64,000 nt of DNA from a virus (IMGVR_UViG_3300028591_003923:32001-96000), one strand, 5' to 3'. Counted from the first letter of the stretch, positions 8,207-17,710 are shown. Numbers and translations: made by a program. Notes: generated by a model from the sequence alone, not told the origin.

Positions 8207-8416
8207 ATGGAGGAACTGTTAATGCAAAAAATTTGGGAAACGAATATCAAATGGATGCAGAAAATTGACGACTTATTAGGCCAAGCCGATGAATCAAACA
8301 AATACACTGAACTGCTCGCGCAGCTTAGTCAATATCTATGGGATTCTGCAGACCAACTTAGACATAAAGAAGTTGAAATAGACCAATTAATTCAAACACT
8401 TTCAAAGCTTCCTTAA
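8207..8416 (+). CDS. hypothetical helical protein
   Basis: ORF with GGAGG (probable start 8222). Confidence 0.55.
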   Translation: MEELLMQKIWETNIKWMQKIDDLLGQADESNKYTELLAQLSQYLWDSADQLRHKEVEIDQLIQTLSKLP

Positions 8417-8493
8417 GGGGGTATAACGGTTTCGAGCGGCGTTAAGTCCGAAGTGACCTCGTCGTGAAGTGGGTTCGACTCCCACTACTTCCA
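8417..8493 (+). ncRNA. mini-tmRNA: tRNA-like domain only
   Basis: 5' GGGGGTATAACGGTTTCGAG tmRNA-type start, G3.U70 and A73, T arm GTGGG-TTCGACT-CCCAC, short P2 CGGCG/CGTCG closing an 18 nt loop. Confidence 0.75.
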
Positions 8494-8494
8494 T

Positions 8495-8888
8495 TGTCAG
8501 TGGTGTAACGTATGCGGCGCCCGCGCTAAATACGTAGGGATTATCTTATGGGAAGGGATAAGATGGGCGCAGTTGACTTTAAACAGTCGGTAGGTTGTGA
8601 CGAATAGGAACTGCGTAAGTCGTCGGAGAGGTCCTGCCTTAGTGGACGATTTATAAGTCCGCACGTTGGATTGTTCCCGCAGCAAGAGGTAGACGACCCA
8701 TCTACAACTTTTCCGTGCGGTTATTGAACTGTAATAAAGGCTTGGGTAAGAGGACCCTGTAAGTAGTTGATAGTGGAACAATAACCTTTGATTTAATGAG
8801 TTAACTTAAGTTAGCTTTAGATGGGAGTCTTGAACAGGCTATTAGACTTAATACTCGGCCGTGGAGCGCGCATTACAAATCCCATCTT
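8495..8888 (+). ncRNA. unclassified structured RNA(s)
   Basis: No credible + ORF; many nested and crossing complementary pairs. Confidence 0.5.
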
Positions 8889-8927
8889 TTATGCGCGAGT
8901 GGTGGAATAGGCAGACACGAGGGACTT

Positions 8928-9693
8928 AAGTAATTTGAGCACTTGGGTTGGAAACTCCTAAGTGAATGCTGGCTAACTCGGAAGAAACCCCAATGGGGCG
9001 ATTCCGAACTAAATTTTTCCTTTTAGGAATACAAAAGGTAGAGCTTCCCTCTAGTTTTCCTACTTATATATAGAAAGGGAAAATGGAGGAACAAAAATGA
9101 AACAGTATACTAAAGAATGGTTAAGTGAATTATGTGCTGAAAGTTATTCGTATTCAGAAGTTTTAAGAAAGGCGGGTCGCAAGCCTGGCGGCGGTGCTAA
9201 TGAAACTTTAAAGAAAAAAATCTTAGAATATGGAATTGATACTTCGCATTTTACTGGACAGGCATGGACAAAAGCTCCAACTTATACGGCGCGGCCTGGT
9301 AGTAAAGAAAAATATTCACTTGAAGAAGTATTTAAAGAGCATAGTACCGTTTCACAAAAAGTATTGCGTGGTTATGTAGAAAGACATAATGTAATACCTT
9401 ATAAATGTGCAATTTGTGGATGTGATGGTAACTGGCAAGGTAGTACTATTGCTTTAGAACTTGACCATATTGATGGCAATAATACCAATGACGTAGTATC
9501 TAATTTACGTTATTTGTGTCCTAATTGCCATGCATTAACTGCAACATACCGTGGTAGAAATAAAGGGAAAATAAATGCGTAGAGACTATACACCAGCCTC
9601 CTAAGGATTGTGGCTTCAAGCGGCCGCAATCTACGGAGAAGAAATAGTCCAGACCACAACATTTTTATGGCTATGGTAACATAGTGTGGTAAG
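8928..9693 (+). mobile_element. group I intron (trnL-UAA type, probably IC3) carrying an HNH homing endonuclease
   Basis: Inserted after U34, ends in G; P/Q-like AACTCGGAAGAAACC and AATCC-like, R GTAGAGACTA, S ATAGTCCA elements resemble the cyanobacterial trnL intron. Confidence 0.88.
9097..9582 (+). CDS. intron-encoded HNH endonuclease
   Basis: CxxC...LELDHIDGNNTN...NLRYLCPNCH; GGAGG RBS. Confidence 0.92.
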   Translation: MKQYTKEWLSELCAESYSYSEVLRKAGRKPGGGANETLKKKILEYGIDTSHFTGQAWTKAPTYTARPGSKEKYSLEEVFKEHSTVSQKVLRGYVERHNVIPYKCAICGCDGNWQGSTIALELDHIDGNNTNDVVSNLRYLCPNCHALTATYRGRNKGKINA

Positions 9694-9858
9694 AAAATCC
9701 CTTGGCCGTTAGGTCGTGAGGGTTCAAGTCCCTCCTTGCGCACCACATATAGGGAGTAGAGTAACGGCGCCCCTTCTAATCCATATGATTTGCCTAATAT
9801 GGAAAAGAAAAGAATTGGGATATGGCAATTATCTAATAATTCACACCGCGAATCCCCT

Positions 9859-9932
9859 ATCAGCTTGGTGTAACGATAGCACAGCAGTCTCCAAAACTGC
9901 GAGTCAGGGTTTGAATCCTTGGGCTGGTGCCA
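9859..9932 (+). tRNA. tRNA-Trp(CCA)
   Basis: GCAGT-CTCCAAA-ACTGC; CCA end. Confidence 0.88.
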
Positions 9933-10136
9933 TCTACCCCAACAAGTTTATTCCATACTTAGTTGGTAAAAGAAGAGTAAGGAATACGTGTCCTACCGGT
10001 CGTTAATGTTGTGTTTACGGTGAGAACGTGTGTAGGGAAAACCGTTATATAGGATATGCAATACGCGTCCTAGGGTAAATAGGTATATCCTTCCGTAAAG
10101 TCGGACGTTGGCGCTCTACGATAGTGAGTGACATCA

Positions 10137-10211
10137 CGGAGTATGGCGCAGTTTGGCTAGCGCGTTTGCTTTGGGAGCAAAATGCCGTAGGTTCAAATCC
10201 TACTACTCCGA
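10137..10211 (+). tRNA. tRNA-Pro(TGG)
   Basis: CGGAGTA/TACTCCG, TTTGC-TTTGGGA-GCAAA. Confidence 0.93.
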
Positions 10212-10216
10212 CTTGC

Positions 10217-10289
10217 GCGCCATTAACTCAGTTGGAAGAGTAACGCACTTTTAATGCGTGAGGCCGCAGTTCGAGTCTGCTATGGCGCA
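10217..10289 (+). tRNA. tRNA-Lys(TTT)
   Basis: GCGCCAT/ATGGCGC, ACGCA-CTTTTAA-TGCGT. Confidence 0.9.
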
Positions 10290-10340
10290 TTTGACAGACA
10301 TTAATATATTTCCTTTCTTTATTAATTTTTTCTTTTCGCT

Positions 10341-10367
10341 AAGCCGCTACGTATGTAGCGGTTTTTG
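10341..10367 (+). terminator. terminator closing the tRNA cluster
   Basis: AGCCGCTAC-GTAT-GTAGCGGTT followed by Ts. Confidence 0.75.
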
Positions 10368-10524
10368 TATAAAGTGAAGTAAAATTTTAGAGTGGTGTAG
10401 GAGATTTCCTACTTTATAAATGAAGTTAATTGAATATAAGTCTCGCTTTAGAGTGAAGACTTTTTATATATATCTCTTGGGCGGTTCGTATGAATTCGCC
10501 CATTTTTATTGGGAGGAATTAAAT

Positions 10525-12228
10525 ATGGCTGAATATTTATTGACTCCAGAGGAGTACCAAAATTTTGCAGATGAAAGCCAAGTTTTAATTGATACTTTAA
10601 CCACTATTTTTAATCAAAATTCTGAAACGGAAGTATTAGTGCAGTCGTGTATTAATAAGTTGAATACATTTTTAGCAATCGCTGAAGGAGAACAAAAAAA
10701 TATATGGGATAAGTTTCAGGTACATTCAGATGAGGAATTGCAATCACTTTTTCAAAATTTTTATCAAAATAGTGGATTAACTGCGTGGACAGGGGTTAAT
10801 TTAGAACAAAACTTTTTACAAGCATATCGTATTATGGTAGATAAAAATTTACGTGAAATGCAACAATATATAGATACCGTACTACTTCCTGCTATTGTTC
10901 AAGATATTACTACTGAAGGATTAGAAGTTACGGAACAAACGGTAGGAAAATTATTAAATCAAAGTTTAAAAGATTTATATATTCAATTTGATTTAGGTAA
11001 TGGAAAAGTAACACGAACACGAAGTATAAGACCTGTAAATATTAGTGATGGTACTACAAAAGGAATTAAAATTTTAGCTGATAAATTAACACGAGTACAG
11101 CGTAAACGTATTAATGAGCTTAAAAACTATGCCAAAACTCATGGTAACCCTAAAACCGTAGGGAAAACTATTATTAATGGTAATAATGTTGTAATGAGCA
11201 TTCAATCAGATTGGTATGATTTAACTAAACATGGTATGACTGCTTCTGAAGCTAAAAAATTATCATCAACAGAAAGGACAAATATTAATGATTCAATTAT
11301 TAATTCAATTACGCAATATTTAGATGGAAAATATCAAGGTATTGCACGAACTTATATTAAAACGCAAGTTTTAAATAAAGACGATACTGCTTTTTTTGTA
11401 GGAAGTAATACCAATAAAATTACTGGTATTTTAGGAGAAATAGGCGCAATTATTGCAATTGGTGAATTATTGCCAGGAGTAGATATATCTAAAATTATGA
11501 ATTGGACAGCTAATCATCGTGTTGGGGGTAAAGAGTTATCAATAGATATTATTTTAAAAGATTTAGCTAATGTTCAAGTTAAAAATAGTAATCAAGATTT
11601 AAATATACCTGAGATACGTATTGATTTTGCTTCAATGCAAACTGGCACAATGTTACAACGTTTACAAATAGCTTATCCACAATATAATTTTGAAGATTTA
11701 GAAAACATTTTTGTAAGTGAAAGTTTTAATATTCCTGCAAAAAAGAAAGGTAACAAATGGACAGAAGTTTCAATTAATACTGAATATAAACGAGGTTCTT
11801 TTGCCGCTTGGGAAACGTTTAAAGATGGTTATAATAAAATGCAAAATATAATTAGCGATGTTAAAACATTATTAACGGCATTTGCTCCAGACTTTTTATA
11901 TTTATCCGGAGGTCCTGAATTTACTAGTCAATTGGCAATATTAGATCAGTCTTTATCAACTAGTACAACACAAATTACTGGGAATAATCTATATATTATA
12001 CGTAACACTCCATATACTTCATATTCTATTTTAACTAAAATAAAAAATGATTTAGAACAGTTAGAAAAAATACAACAAGAAGCCTTACATTTTCAATTAC
12101 ATAGCTCTTTAGGAACAGTAGGAAAAGGAGAAAATAAAGTTTCTTATAACTATGCGTGGTATAGAAATAATAATAAAACCACTTTAAATAGAAAAAGTGT
12201 TACTACTGCTTCTATGTTATTTGATTAA
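10525..12228 (+). CDS. large AT-rich protein with putative PD-(D/E)xK-type nuclease motif
   Basis: GGGAGG RBS before ATG 10525; GILGEI...SIDIIL...VQVKNS; own terminator 12241-12269. Confidence 0.75.
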   Translation: MAEYLLTPEEYQNFADESQVLIDTLTTIFNQNSETEVLVQSCINKLNTFLAIAEGEQKNIWDKFQVHSDEELQSLFQNFYQNSGLTAWTGVNLEQNFLQAYRIMVDKNLREMQQYIDTVLLPAIVQDITTEGLEVTEQTVGKLLNQSLKDLYIQFDLGNGKVTRTRSIRPVNISDGTTKGIKILADKLTRVQRKRINELKNYAKTHGNPKTVGKTIINGNNVVMSIQSDWYDLTKHGMTASEAKKLSSTERTNINDSIINSITQYLDGKYQGIARTYIKTQVLNKDDTAFFVGSNTNKITGILGEIGAIIAIGELLPGVDISKIMNWTANHRVGGKELSIDIILKDLANVQVKNSNQDLNIPEIRIDFASMQTGTMLQRLQIAYPQYNFEDLENIFVSESFNIPAKKKGNKWTEVSINTEYKRGSFAAWETFKDGYNKMQNIISDVKTLLTAFAPDFLYLSGGPEFTSQLAILDQSLSTSTTQITGNNLYIIRNTPYTSYSILTKIKNDLEQLEKIQQEALHFQLHSSLGTVGKGENKVSYNYAWYRNNNKTTLNRKSVTTASMLFD

Positions 12229-12487
12229 ATAAATAAATCTAACGGTCGTACTCCGACCGTTATTTTTTTGACTTTTTTTAAAATTTTTGTTATAATATAT
12301 ATAGAAAAAGATAGAAAGGAAATATATATATGAAATTTAGAATTATTCGTATAGTAACTGATGAAACAATAGAATTTATTGAAAAGGAAGACCTTGTCGC
12401 AGCTTGTAAGTATGTAACTAAAAACTACGACGAAGATACAGTTGATTTATTTATTGAAAATTAACATATATAGAAAGGAGAACAAAA

Positions 12488-12676
12488 ATGCGTAACCCTG
12501 AAAGAATAGATGAAGTATTACAAGCCCTCTCCGATGCATGGCATAAAGTTCCAGACTGGCGCCTTGGACAGGTACTCTGTAACTTACAGAGCGCGGCAGG
12601 TAATGACTTGTTTTATATGGAAGATGACAAGTTTATAGAGCTGTTAGAGGAATATTTTAATATGGAACATAAATAG
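12488..12676 (+). CDS. conserved phage protein (YihD/DUF1040-like MRxPxRI...PDxRLGQ)
   Basis: Motif recognition, AAGGAG RBS. Confidence 0.7.
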   Translation: MRNPERIDEVLQALSDAWHKVPDWRLGQVLCNLQSAAGNDLFYMEDDKFIELLEEYFNMEHK

Positions 12677-12679
12677 ATA

Positions 12680-12826
12680 CTTTGCGGTGGCGGAATAGGT
12701 AGACGCATGGGATGTTCAGGAGACGGGAATATGGATAAAAACATAAGGTACTGTTCCCAAGGGTTCGATTCCCAACAACCAGAGCAGACGTCGGTTCATG
12801 CATGGTGCAAATCCATGCCCGCAAAG
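12680..12826 (+). ncRNA. tRNA-like RNA with ~80-90 nt expanded anticodon domain
   Basis: CTTTGCGG/CCGCAAAG stem, Leu-type D arm GGCGGAATAGGTAGACGC, T-like arm CATGG-TGCAAAT-CCATG, internal second T-loop GGG-TTCGATT-CCC. Confidence 0.7.
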
Positions 12827-12970
12827 TTTTTAAAAGGAGTAGAAAAAGATGACATGTGATGATTGTAAATGGAAAGCAGAAAATGAATGTCCGTGGGATT
12901 TGATGTATGATAAACCGGGTGTAGATTATGCCGATGATTGTATGGATTTTAGAAGTAAAAAGGAGTAAGA

Positions 12971-13306
12971 ATGAATGACTACATAAAACGAAAGGATGCA
13001 GTTGAAAAAATAAAAGCTGATTGTGATAGATTAAATCATGTTCCAAAGCGTGTTGTTGATTTTTTCACGTTGGGTATGGAGAGCGTTCCGAGTGCTGATG
13101 TTACGCCCGTAAGACACGCATATGATATGGACGAGTACACAAGTTTATTTGAATGTTCTAATTGTGGTTGGACGTGTGATGATATGTATTGTGGAGAACC
13201 GTGTGTCGGCAATACGGTCACATACAACTACTGCCCTAATTGTGGAGCGAAAATAGACTATAAAATTGGTTATGGTGAGCGCAAGGAGCAAGAATATGAG
13301 CAATGA
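12971..13306 (+). CDS. Zn-ribbon family paralog
   Basis: VPSADV...CSNC...YCPNCGAK. Confidence 0.75.
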   Translation: MNDYIKRKDAVEKIKADCDRLNHVPKRVVDFFTLGMESVPSADVTPVRHAYDMDEYTSLFECSNCGWTCDDMYCGEPCVGNTVTYNYCPNCGAKIDYKIGYGERKEQEYEQ

Positions 13307-13392
13307 AGAGTTGATGATAGTTCTTGAATTAGTACAAACGCTGAGTTTGATTGTGATAGCAATAGTAGTAATTGTGGGATAGGAGAAGAGTC

Positions 13393-13599
13393 ATGAATAA
13401 AGATAACTTTGTTAAAAACTGTCATCTAATTGCAGAAGATGCAAAGCTGATAGACCAAGGTAAAAATGGTGAACTGTATATACCATTAAGATTTTGGAGC
13501 GAGCTAGCTGAAATACTTGTAGACCTGGGTATACAGACAGTACTGACAAAAGGACAATACCGCGTAAAAGAGTTAGATGAGGGACAAGAGAATGAGTAG
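13393..13599 (+). CDS. hypothetical protein
   Basis: AGGAG RBS before ATG 13393. Confidence 0.55.
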   Translation: MNKDNFVKNCHLIAEDAKLIDQGKNGELYIPLRFWSELAEILVDLGIQTVLTKGQYRVKELDEGQENE

Positions 13600-13858
13600 A
13601 TATGTCGACATAGAGCCTTTAGATGTTGTCGGAACAAAAGGTGTAAATAAAGATTATGTAGATGGCATGGCATATGTGCTTGATTTGCTTGATAACTTAC
13701 CTACCGCTGATGTCGCGCCTGTAAGACACGGATATTGGACAGAAGATTTAACAAACCCTTATGGAATACGTTATATATGCTCTGAATGTGGTGTAGGACG
13801 GCAGTTTAAAAGTAATTATTGTCCCAACTGTGGAGTAAGAATGGACGGAAAGGTGTAA
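13592..13858 (+). CDS. Zn-ribbon family paralog
   Basis: LPTADV...CSEC...YCPNCGVRMD. Confidence 0.75.
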   Translation: MSRYVDIEPLDVVGTKGVNKDYVDGMAYVLDLLDNLPTADVAPVRHGYWTEDLTNPYGIRYICSECGVGRQFKSNYCPNCGVRMDGKV

Positions 13859-13862
13859 AAGA

Positions 13863-14063
13863 ATGAGAATAATAGTTAATTGTCCTGATAGTACAAAAAT
13901 TATAAGTGTAGTTGCGACGGGAAGAAAAGGTTTTAATATATGGGCTAACCAGAATCTGCTTTCTGTTGAAGATGATAATGAAATAACTATTCAAGAGCCA
14001 GAAAAAGATTATGAAAAAGCTCCGATTATTTTTCCAGAACCAAGACATATACGAAGAGGATAG
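13863..14063 (+). CDS. hypothetical protein
   Basis: AAAGG RBS, in operon. Confidence 0.55.
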   Translation: MRIIVNCPDSTKIISVVATGRKGFNIWANQNLLSVEDDNEITIQEPEKDYEKAPIIFPEPRHIRRG

Positions 14064-14074
14064 GAAGTGAGAGA

Positions 14075-14470
14075 ATGAGTAAATGGGATAGAGCCATTGA
14101 GCAGATATGTGAAGGAGTAAAACCCACAATGGAGAGCAAGAGAATGAGTGATTTATTAATTAAAGGCGTGAAAATGCCGAAAACGTGCAACGAGTGTCAA
14201 AGCACTCTTGGACTGTTTTGTAATGAATGCCCGCTTTTTAAAGATTTTCCGAAGGAGTATATGGGCGAATCTGAGATATTACAACATACAAGACTTTCTG
14301 ATTGTCCACTAATTGAAGTTCCATCGCACGGTAGGTTAATTGACGCGGACAAACTAGAAAATATATTCTGGGATATTCTTAGTAAACCAAATGAATACGA
14401 TAAACCTTTACATGATATAATGCTTGAATTACAAGCCGCGCCTACAGTTATAGAAAGTGAGGAAGAGTGA
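14075..14470 (+). CDS. hypothetical Cys-rich protein (PSHGRLIDAD family)
   Basis: Paralog of 14752; start may be 14144. Confidence 0.7.
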   Translation: MSKWDRAIEQICEGVKPTMESKRMSDLLIKGVKMPKTCNECQSTLGLFCNECPLFKDFPKEYMGESEILQHTRLSDCPLIEVPSHGRLIDADKLENIFWDILSKPNEYDKPLHDIMLELQAAPTVIESEEE

Positions 14471-14751
14471 TGGGGTGGTGTTTAGGAGAAAGCGAATACA
14501 TAATATATTGTGATGAAATTCGTGGTTCAGCTACTGCGGTCACAAAAGATATAACAATAGGGGTAGACTATTATTGGTGGAATGGCATATGAACGTAATA
14601 ACAATAGTAACAAATATAATTGCATTTATTGTAGGTTGTACTTTAGTAGGTGTAGGTATAGTCGAAAGTGATAACGACGAAGAAATAAAGGGGTTGTTAA
14701 TAATGATACTTTCTACATTAATTCTTATGAACAGATAAAGCGGGGAATAAT

Positions 14752-15096
14752 ATGAGTGATTTATTAATTAAGGGCGTAGAAATGCCAAGGTGCTGCAATA
14801 ATTGTGCTTTTCATAAACAGGGAGGCACTATAAAGTCTGTAAAAAATGGCGATATAATATGTAAAATTATTGTTAAATGTGAAATATGTAAGGCAGAAGA
14901 CCCTTATATGTCGTACAGAGATGCAGACACAAAAAGACGTGATGATTGTCCACTTGTAATGATACCGTCACATGGTAGACTAATAGATGCAGATAGCCTA
15001 AAAGATAACATTAATATATACTTTTTCCCCGTAATAGGCGCCGCTATTGATAATGCACCTACGATTATAGAAGAGGAGAATAGCAATGATGATTGA
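14752..15096 (+). CDS. hypothetical Cys-rich protein (PSHGRLIDAD family)
   Basis: MSDLLIKGVxMP...DCPL...PSHGRLIDAD shared with 14075. Confidence 0.7.
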   Translation: MSDLLIKGVEMPRCCNNCAFHKQGGTIKSVKNGDIICKIIVKCEICKAEDPYMSYRDADTKRRDDCPLVMIPSHGRLIDADSLKDNINIYFFPVIGAAIDNAPTIIEEENSNDD

Positions 15097-15299
15097 GCGA
15101 ATAATTCAAGTATGGATAGGTGACCAGTTTATAGAACTACCAATTAATCTTCCTGAAAACATGAACGAAGATGACATGTACTTCGCGGCCAGCCGCTACG
15201 TAATGGATAACATGTCAATAGATTTAATTTGACAAATTTTTAAATTTCTGTTATAATATATATAGAAAATGAGAGAAGAAGTAAAGAAAGGAGAGTAAA

Positions 15300-15797
15300 A
15301 TGTCACAGTATTTAGAGTTTTATATTAGACATAACGATGATTATCTTCCAATTGCATCATATTGCGGTAGTTCCGCATATATGGAAATGTTTGATGATTA
15401 TGTTCCAAGTTATAGTGGACTTCGTACGGTCACTGAATCAATGCTGAGTTCGGTGCGCGCGGATGTTCAGCAGAAAATTAAGGAGAATGAACAGTGCATT
15501 AAAAGAGCTGAGAAACTGAAACAGGATATTCTCCAGGCTAATAACTCAATGGAAGAGAAAGTTGAATATATGGCAGGAGAAGACCAGGCTATAGAAGAAA
15601 CGGAAGATGAAAATAGGGCACTTGATAGTGTAGACCACTTCATTGATTTCCTTTATAATATACTTGAAGAAGCTGAATTCGGTGAGCATGAGGGAATACA
15701 GAAAGATAAGTATCTCTATGCGGGTGTAGAACCTGCGATTTGTAAAGACTACGATGAAATGACTCCAGAAGAAGTAAAGGAGGCGCGCGGATGGTAA
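15300..15797 (+). CDS. hypothetical coiled-coil protein
   Basis: Promoter and AAAGGAG RBS. Confidence 0.7.
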   Translation: MSQYLEFYIRHNDDYLPIASYCGSSAYMEMFDDYVPSYSGLRTVTESMLSSVRADVQQKIKENEQCIKRAEKLKQDILQANNSMEEKVEYMAGEDQAIEETEDENRALDSVDHFIDFLYNILEEAEFGEHEGIQKDKYLYAGVEPAICKDYDEMTPEEVKEARGW

Positions 15798-17005
15798 TAA
15801 ATAAAATGGACATGCACAAGAAACGTCAACGTGCACTCGCCCATGTAGAAAAAATAGCATGGATACGTCCAATAGAGGGCGCCGACAACATAGAACTTGT
15901 CGGTGTTCTTGGTTGGGTATGTATTGCTAAAATAGGTGAGTTTAAAGTTGGTGACTGGTGCGTTTATATTGAGATAGATTCTAAAGTGCCTGAAAAAGAG
16001 TGGTCTGAGTTTCTGCGCCCGAAGCACTTTAAGATTAAGACAATGAAGCTTGGTAAGTTTAAAGTTATCAGCCAGGGTATAGCACTGCCGCTCTCTACGT
16101 TTGACATAGACATACCGCAGGAAGAGGGTAAAGACGTTACGAAGCTGCTTGGGGTTAAGTATTCTGTAAGGGAAGATAACTTTAGAAAATCAGAAATAGA
16201 TAAGTATAAAGCTATGGCGCAGCGTAGACCTGACGTGTTCAAAAAACCGTGGGCGCGCAGAATGATGAAGAACCCAATTGGAAAACGTATCATGTTTTTA
16301 CTCTATGGTAAGAAACGTGATGACCAGAAAAAGTTTCCAAAGAAGTTCCAGTTCGTGCATCCGACCGATGAAGAAAGAATAGAGAACATGCCATGGATTC
16401 TTGATGACCGCGATGCTCGTTACATTAAAACAACGAAAATAGACGGTACTTCAACTACGTTCATTCTTGAAAAGAAACTGTTCGGTTACGAATTCTATGT
16501 GCTCTCGCGCAATGTACGTCAGTTCACACCAGAACAGGGCAACTATCATTCACAAGATGAAAATGTGTATTGGGAAGTTGCAGAAAAATATAACGTAAAG
16601 GATTTCCTTATGAACTTTATAAAAGGCGGTAACTACCGTTATGTAGCTCTGCAAGGAGAAACCTATGGTTGCACTGAAAAAGGTGTAAAAATACAGGGCG
16701 ACCCGCATCACATTGGTGAACTTAGATTCGCAGCCTTCAACCTCATTGATTCTAAAATTGGACGTTGGGATTCGGTAGAAGGGCGCAAATGGTGTTCTTC
16801 GTTTGGAATACCTTGGGTGCCAATTGTAGATACGAACTGCCAGGTTGAATCAGACATGGAAGCTTTCAAACTTACTGCCGATGGACCATGTGAAATACCA
16901 GGTTCAACGGGGCTGCGCGAAGGCTATGTTTATAGGAAAGTTGGTGACCCTAACTTTTCGTTTAAGAACGTGTCAAGGAAATATTTACTGAAACATGGAC
17001 AGTAG
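15791..17005 (+). CDS. ATP-dependent RNA ligase (DRB0094/Rnl5-like)
   Basis: N-terminal PIEGADNIE OB module, KIDG motif I, QGE, EGxV, FKNVSxxYL. Confidence 0.88.
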   Translation: MVINKMDMHKKRQRALAHVEKIAWIRPIEGADNIELVGVLGWVCIAKIGEFKVGDWCVYIEIDSKVPEKEWSEFLRPKHFKIKTMKLGKFKVISQGIALPLSTFDIDIPQEEGKDVTKLLGVKYSVREDNFRKSEIDKYKAMAQRRPDVFKKPWARRMMKNPIGKRIMFLLYGKKRDDQKKFPKKFQFVHPTDEERIENMPWILDDRDARYIKTTKIDGTSTTFILEKKLFGYEFYVLSRNVRQFTPEQGNYHSQDENVYWEVAEKYNVKDFLMNFIKGGNYRYVALQGETYGCTEKGVKIQGDPHHIGELRFAAFNLIDSKIGRWDSVEGRKWCSSFGIPWVPIVDTNCQVESDMEAFKLTADGPCEIPGSTGLREGYVYRKVGDPNFSFKNVSRKYLLKHGQ

Positions 17006-17023
17006 TCCATAGGGAGAATAATA

Positions 17024-17293
17024 ATGATTAATTGGAGAGATGCAAATAAGGAAAAGCCTAAGCTTCATAGAACTTCTTTTGAAGATGATGGAGAAACTAT
17101 TACATATGAAGAAAGTGATACCGTACTTATTAAGTGCGAGGTAGAAGACGAGGAAATGCCTTATAGTTTTGCCAGATATGAAATAGACCAGTTCGATGAT
17201 GGCGATAGATACTATTGGGTTGAAGAAGAAAGTGGATGGACTTATGACCTTGACGCAGTTATTGCATGGGCACCGCTAAGTGAGTTGGAGTAA
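17024..17293 (+). CDS. hypothetical (DUF551-like)
   Basis: W...P start and VIAWAPL end. Confidence 0.6.
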   Translation: MINWRDANKEKPKLHRTSFEDDGETITYEESDTVLIKCEVEDEEMPYSFARYEIDQFDDGDRYYWVEEESGWTYDLDAVIAWAPLSELE

Positions 17294-17295
17294 AT

Positions 17296-17547
17296 ATGGA
17301 ATATAAATGGATAAAACCTACAGAATCGTTGCCTCCTCTTGTACTAGATAGTGACGTGTGGCAGGTTAGTCATAATGTATTAATTTGTACTGATAGTCTA
17401 AGTGGAAATTACCGTTATGAAATTGCTTTTTGCATGCATAGTGCAGATAAAACGGTGTGGTCAGACCCAATTTCTGGCTATGTAATTAGAAATGAAAATG
17501 TACGTTATTGGCGCGAGATTGAACCCGCGCCACGAACGGACGACTAG
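17296..17547 (+). CDS. hypothetical (DUF551-like)
   Basis: KWIKPTESLP...VRYWREI. Confidence 0.6.
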   Translation: MEYKWIKPTESLPPLVLDSDVWQVSHNVLICTDSLSGNYRYEIAFCMHSADKTVWSDPISGYVIRNENVRYWREIEPAPRTDD

Positions 17548-17710
17548 GAGATATATATAAAATGAATCATATGTTTTGGATAGGTGCGCTTGTAGGTACA
17601 GTGTTTGGAATAGTAGCTACAATGGTATTTGCTTGCTGCGCTATATCGTCTCGTATGTCACGAGAAGAAGAAAAAGCTGTACTAAAGCGAGAAATGGAAA
17701 GGAATAACTA

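Larger units (their letters stand above)
8893..9745 (+). tRNA. tRNA-Leu(TAA) split by group I intron (exons 8893-8927 and 9694-9745)
   Basis: Joined exons give AGGGA-CTTAAAA-TCCCT, long variable arm, T arm and CCA. Confidence 0.92.

Noticed and set aside
8495-8820. Separate coding piece of a split tmRNA
   Set aside because: No frame ending in an ssrA-like tag, and the upstream tRNA-like domain is self-contained
6393-10006. ORFs overlapping tRNAs (6393, 6733, 7005, 7283, 8497, 9510, 9716)
   Set aside because: Shadow frames of RNA genes
205-15096. Repeated Zn-ribbon and PSHGRLIDAD genes as DGR template/variable repeats
   Set aside because: Divergence is general rather than adenine-specific and no reverse transcriptase is in the window; these are ordinary phage paralog families
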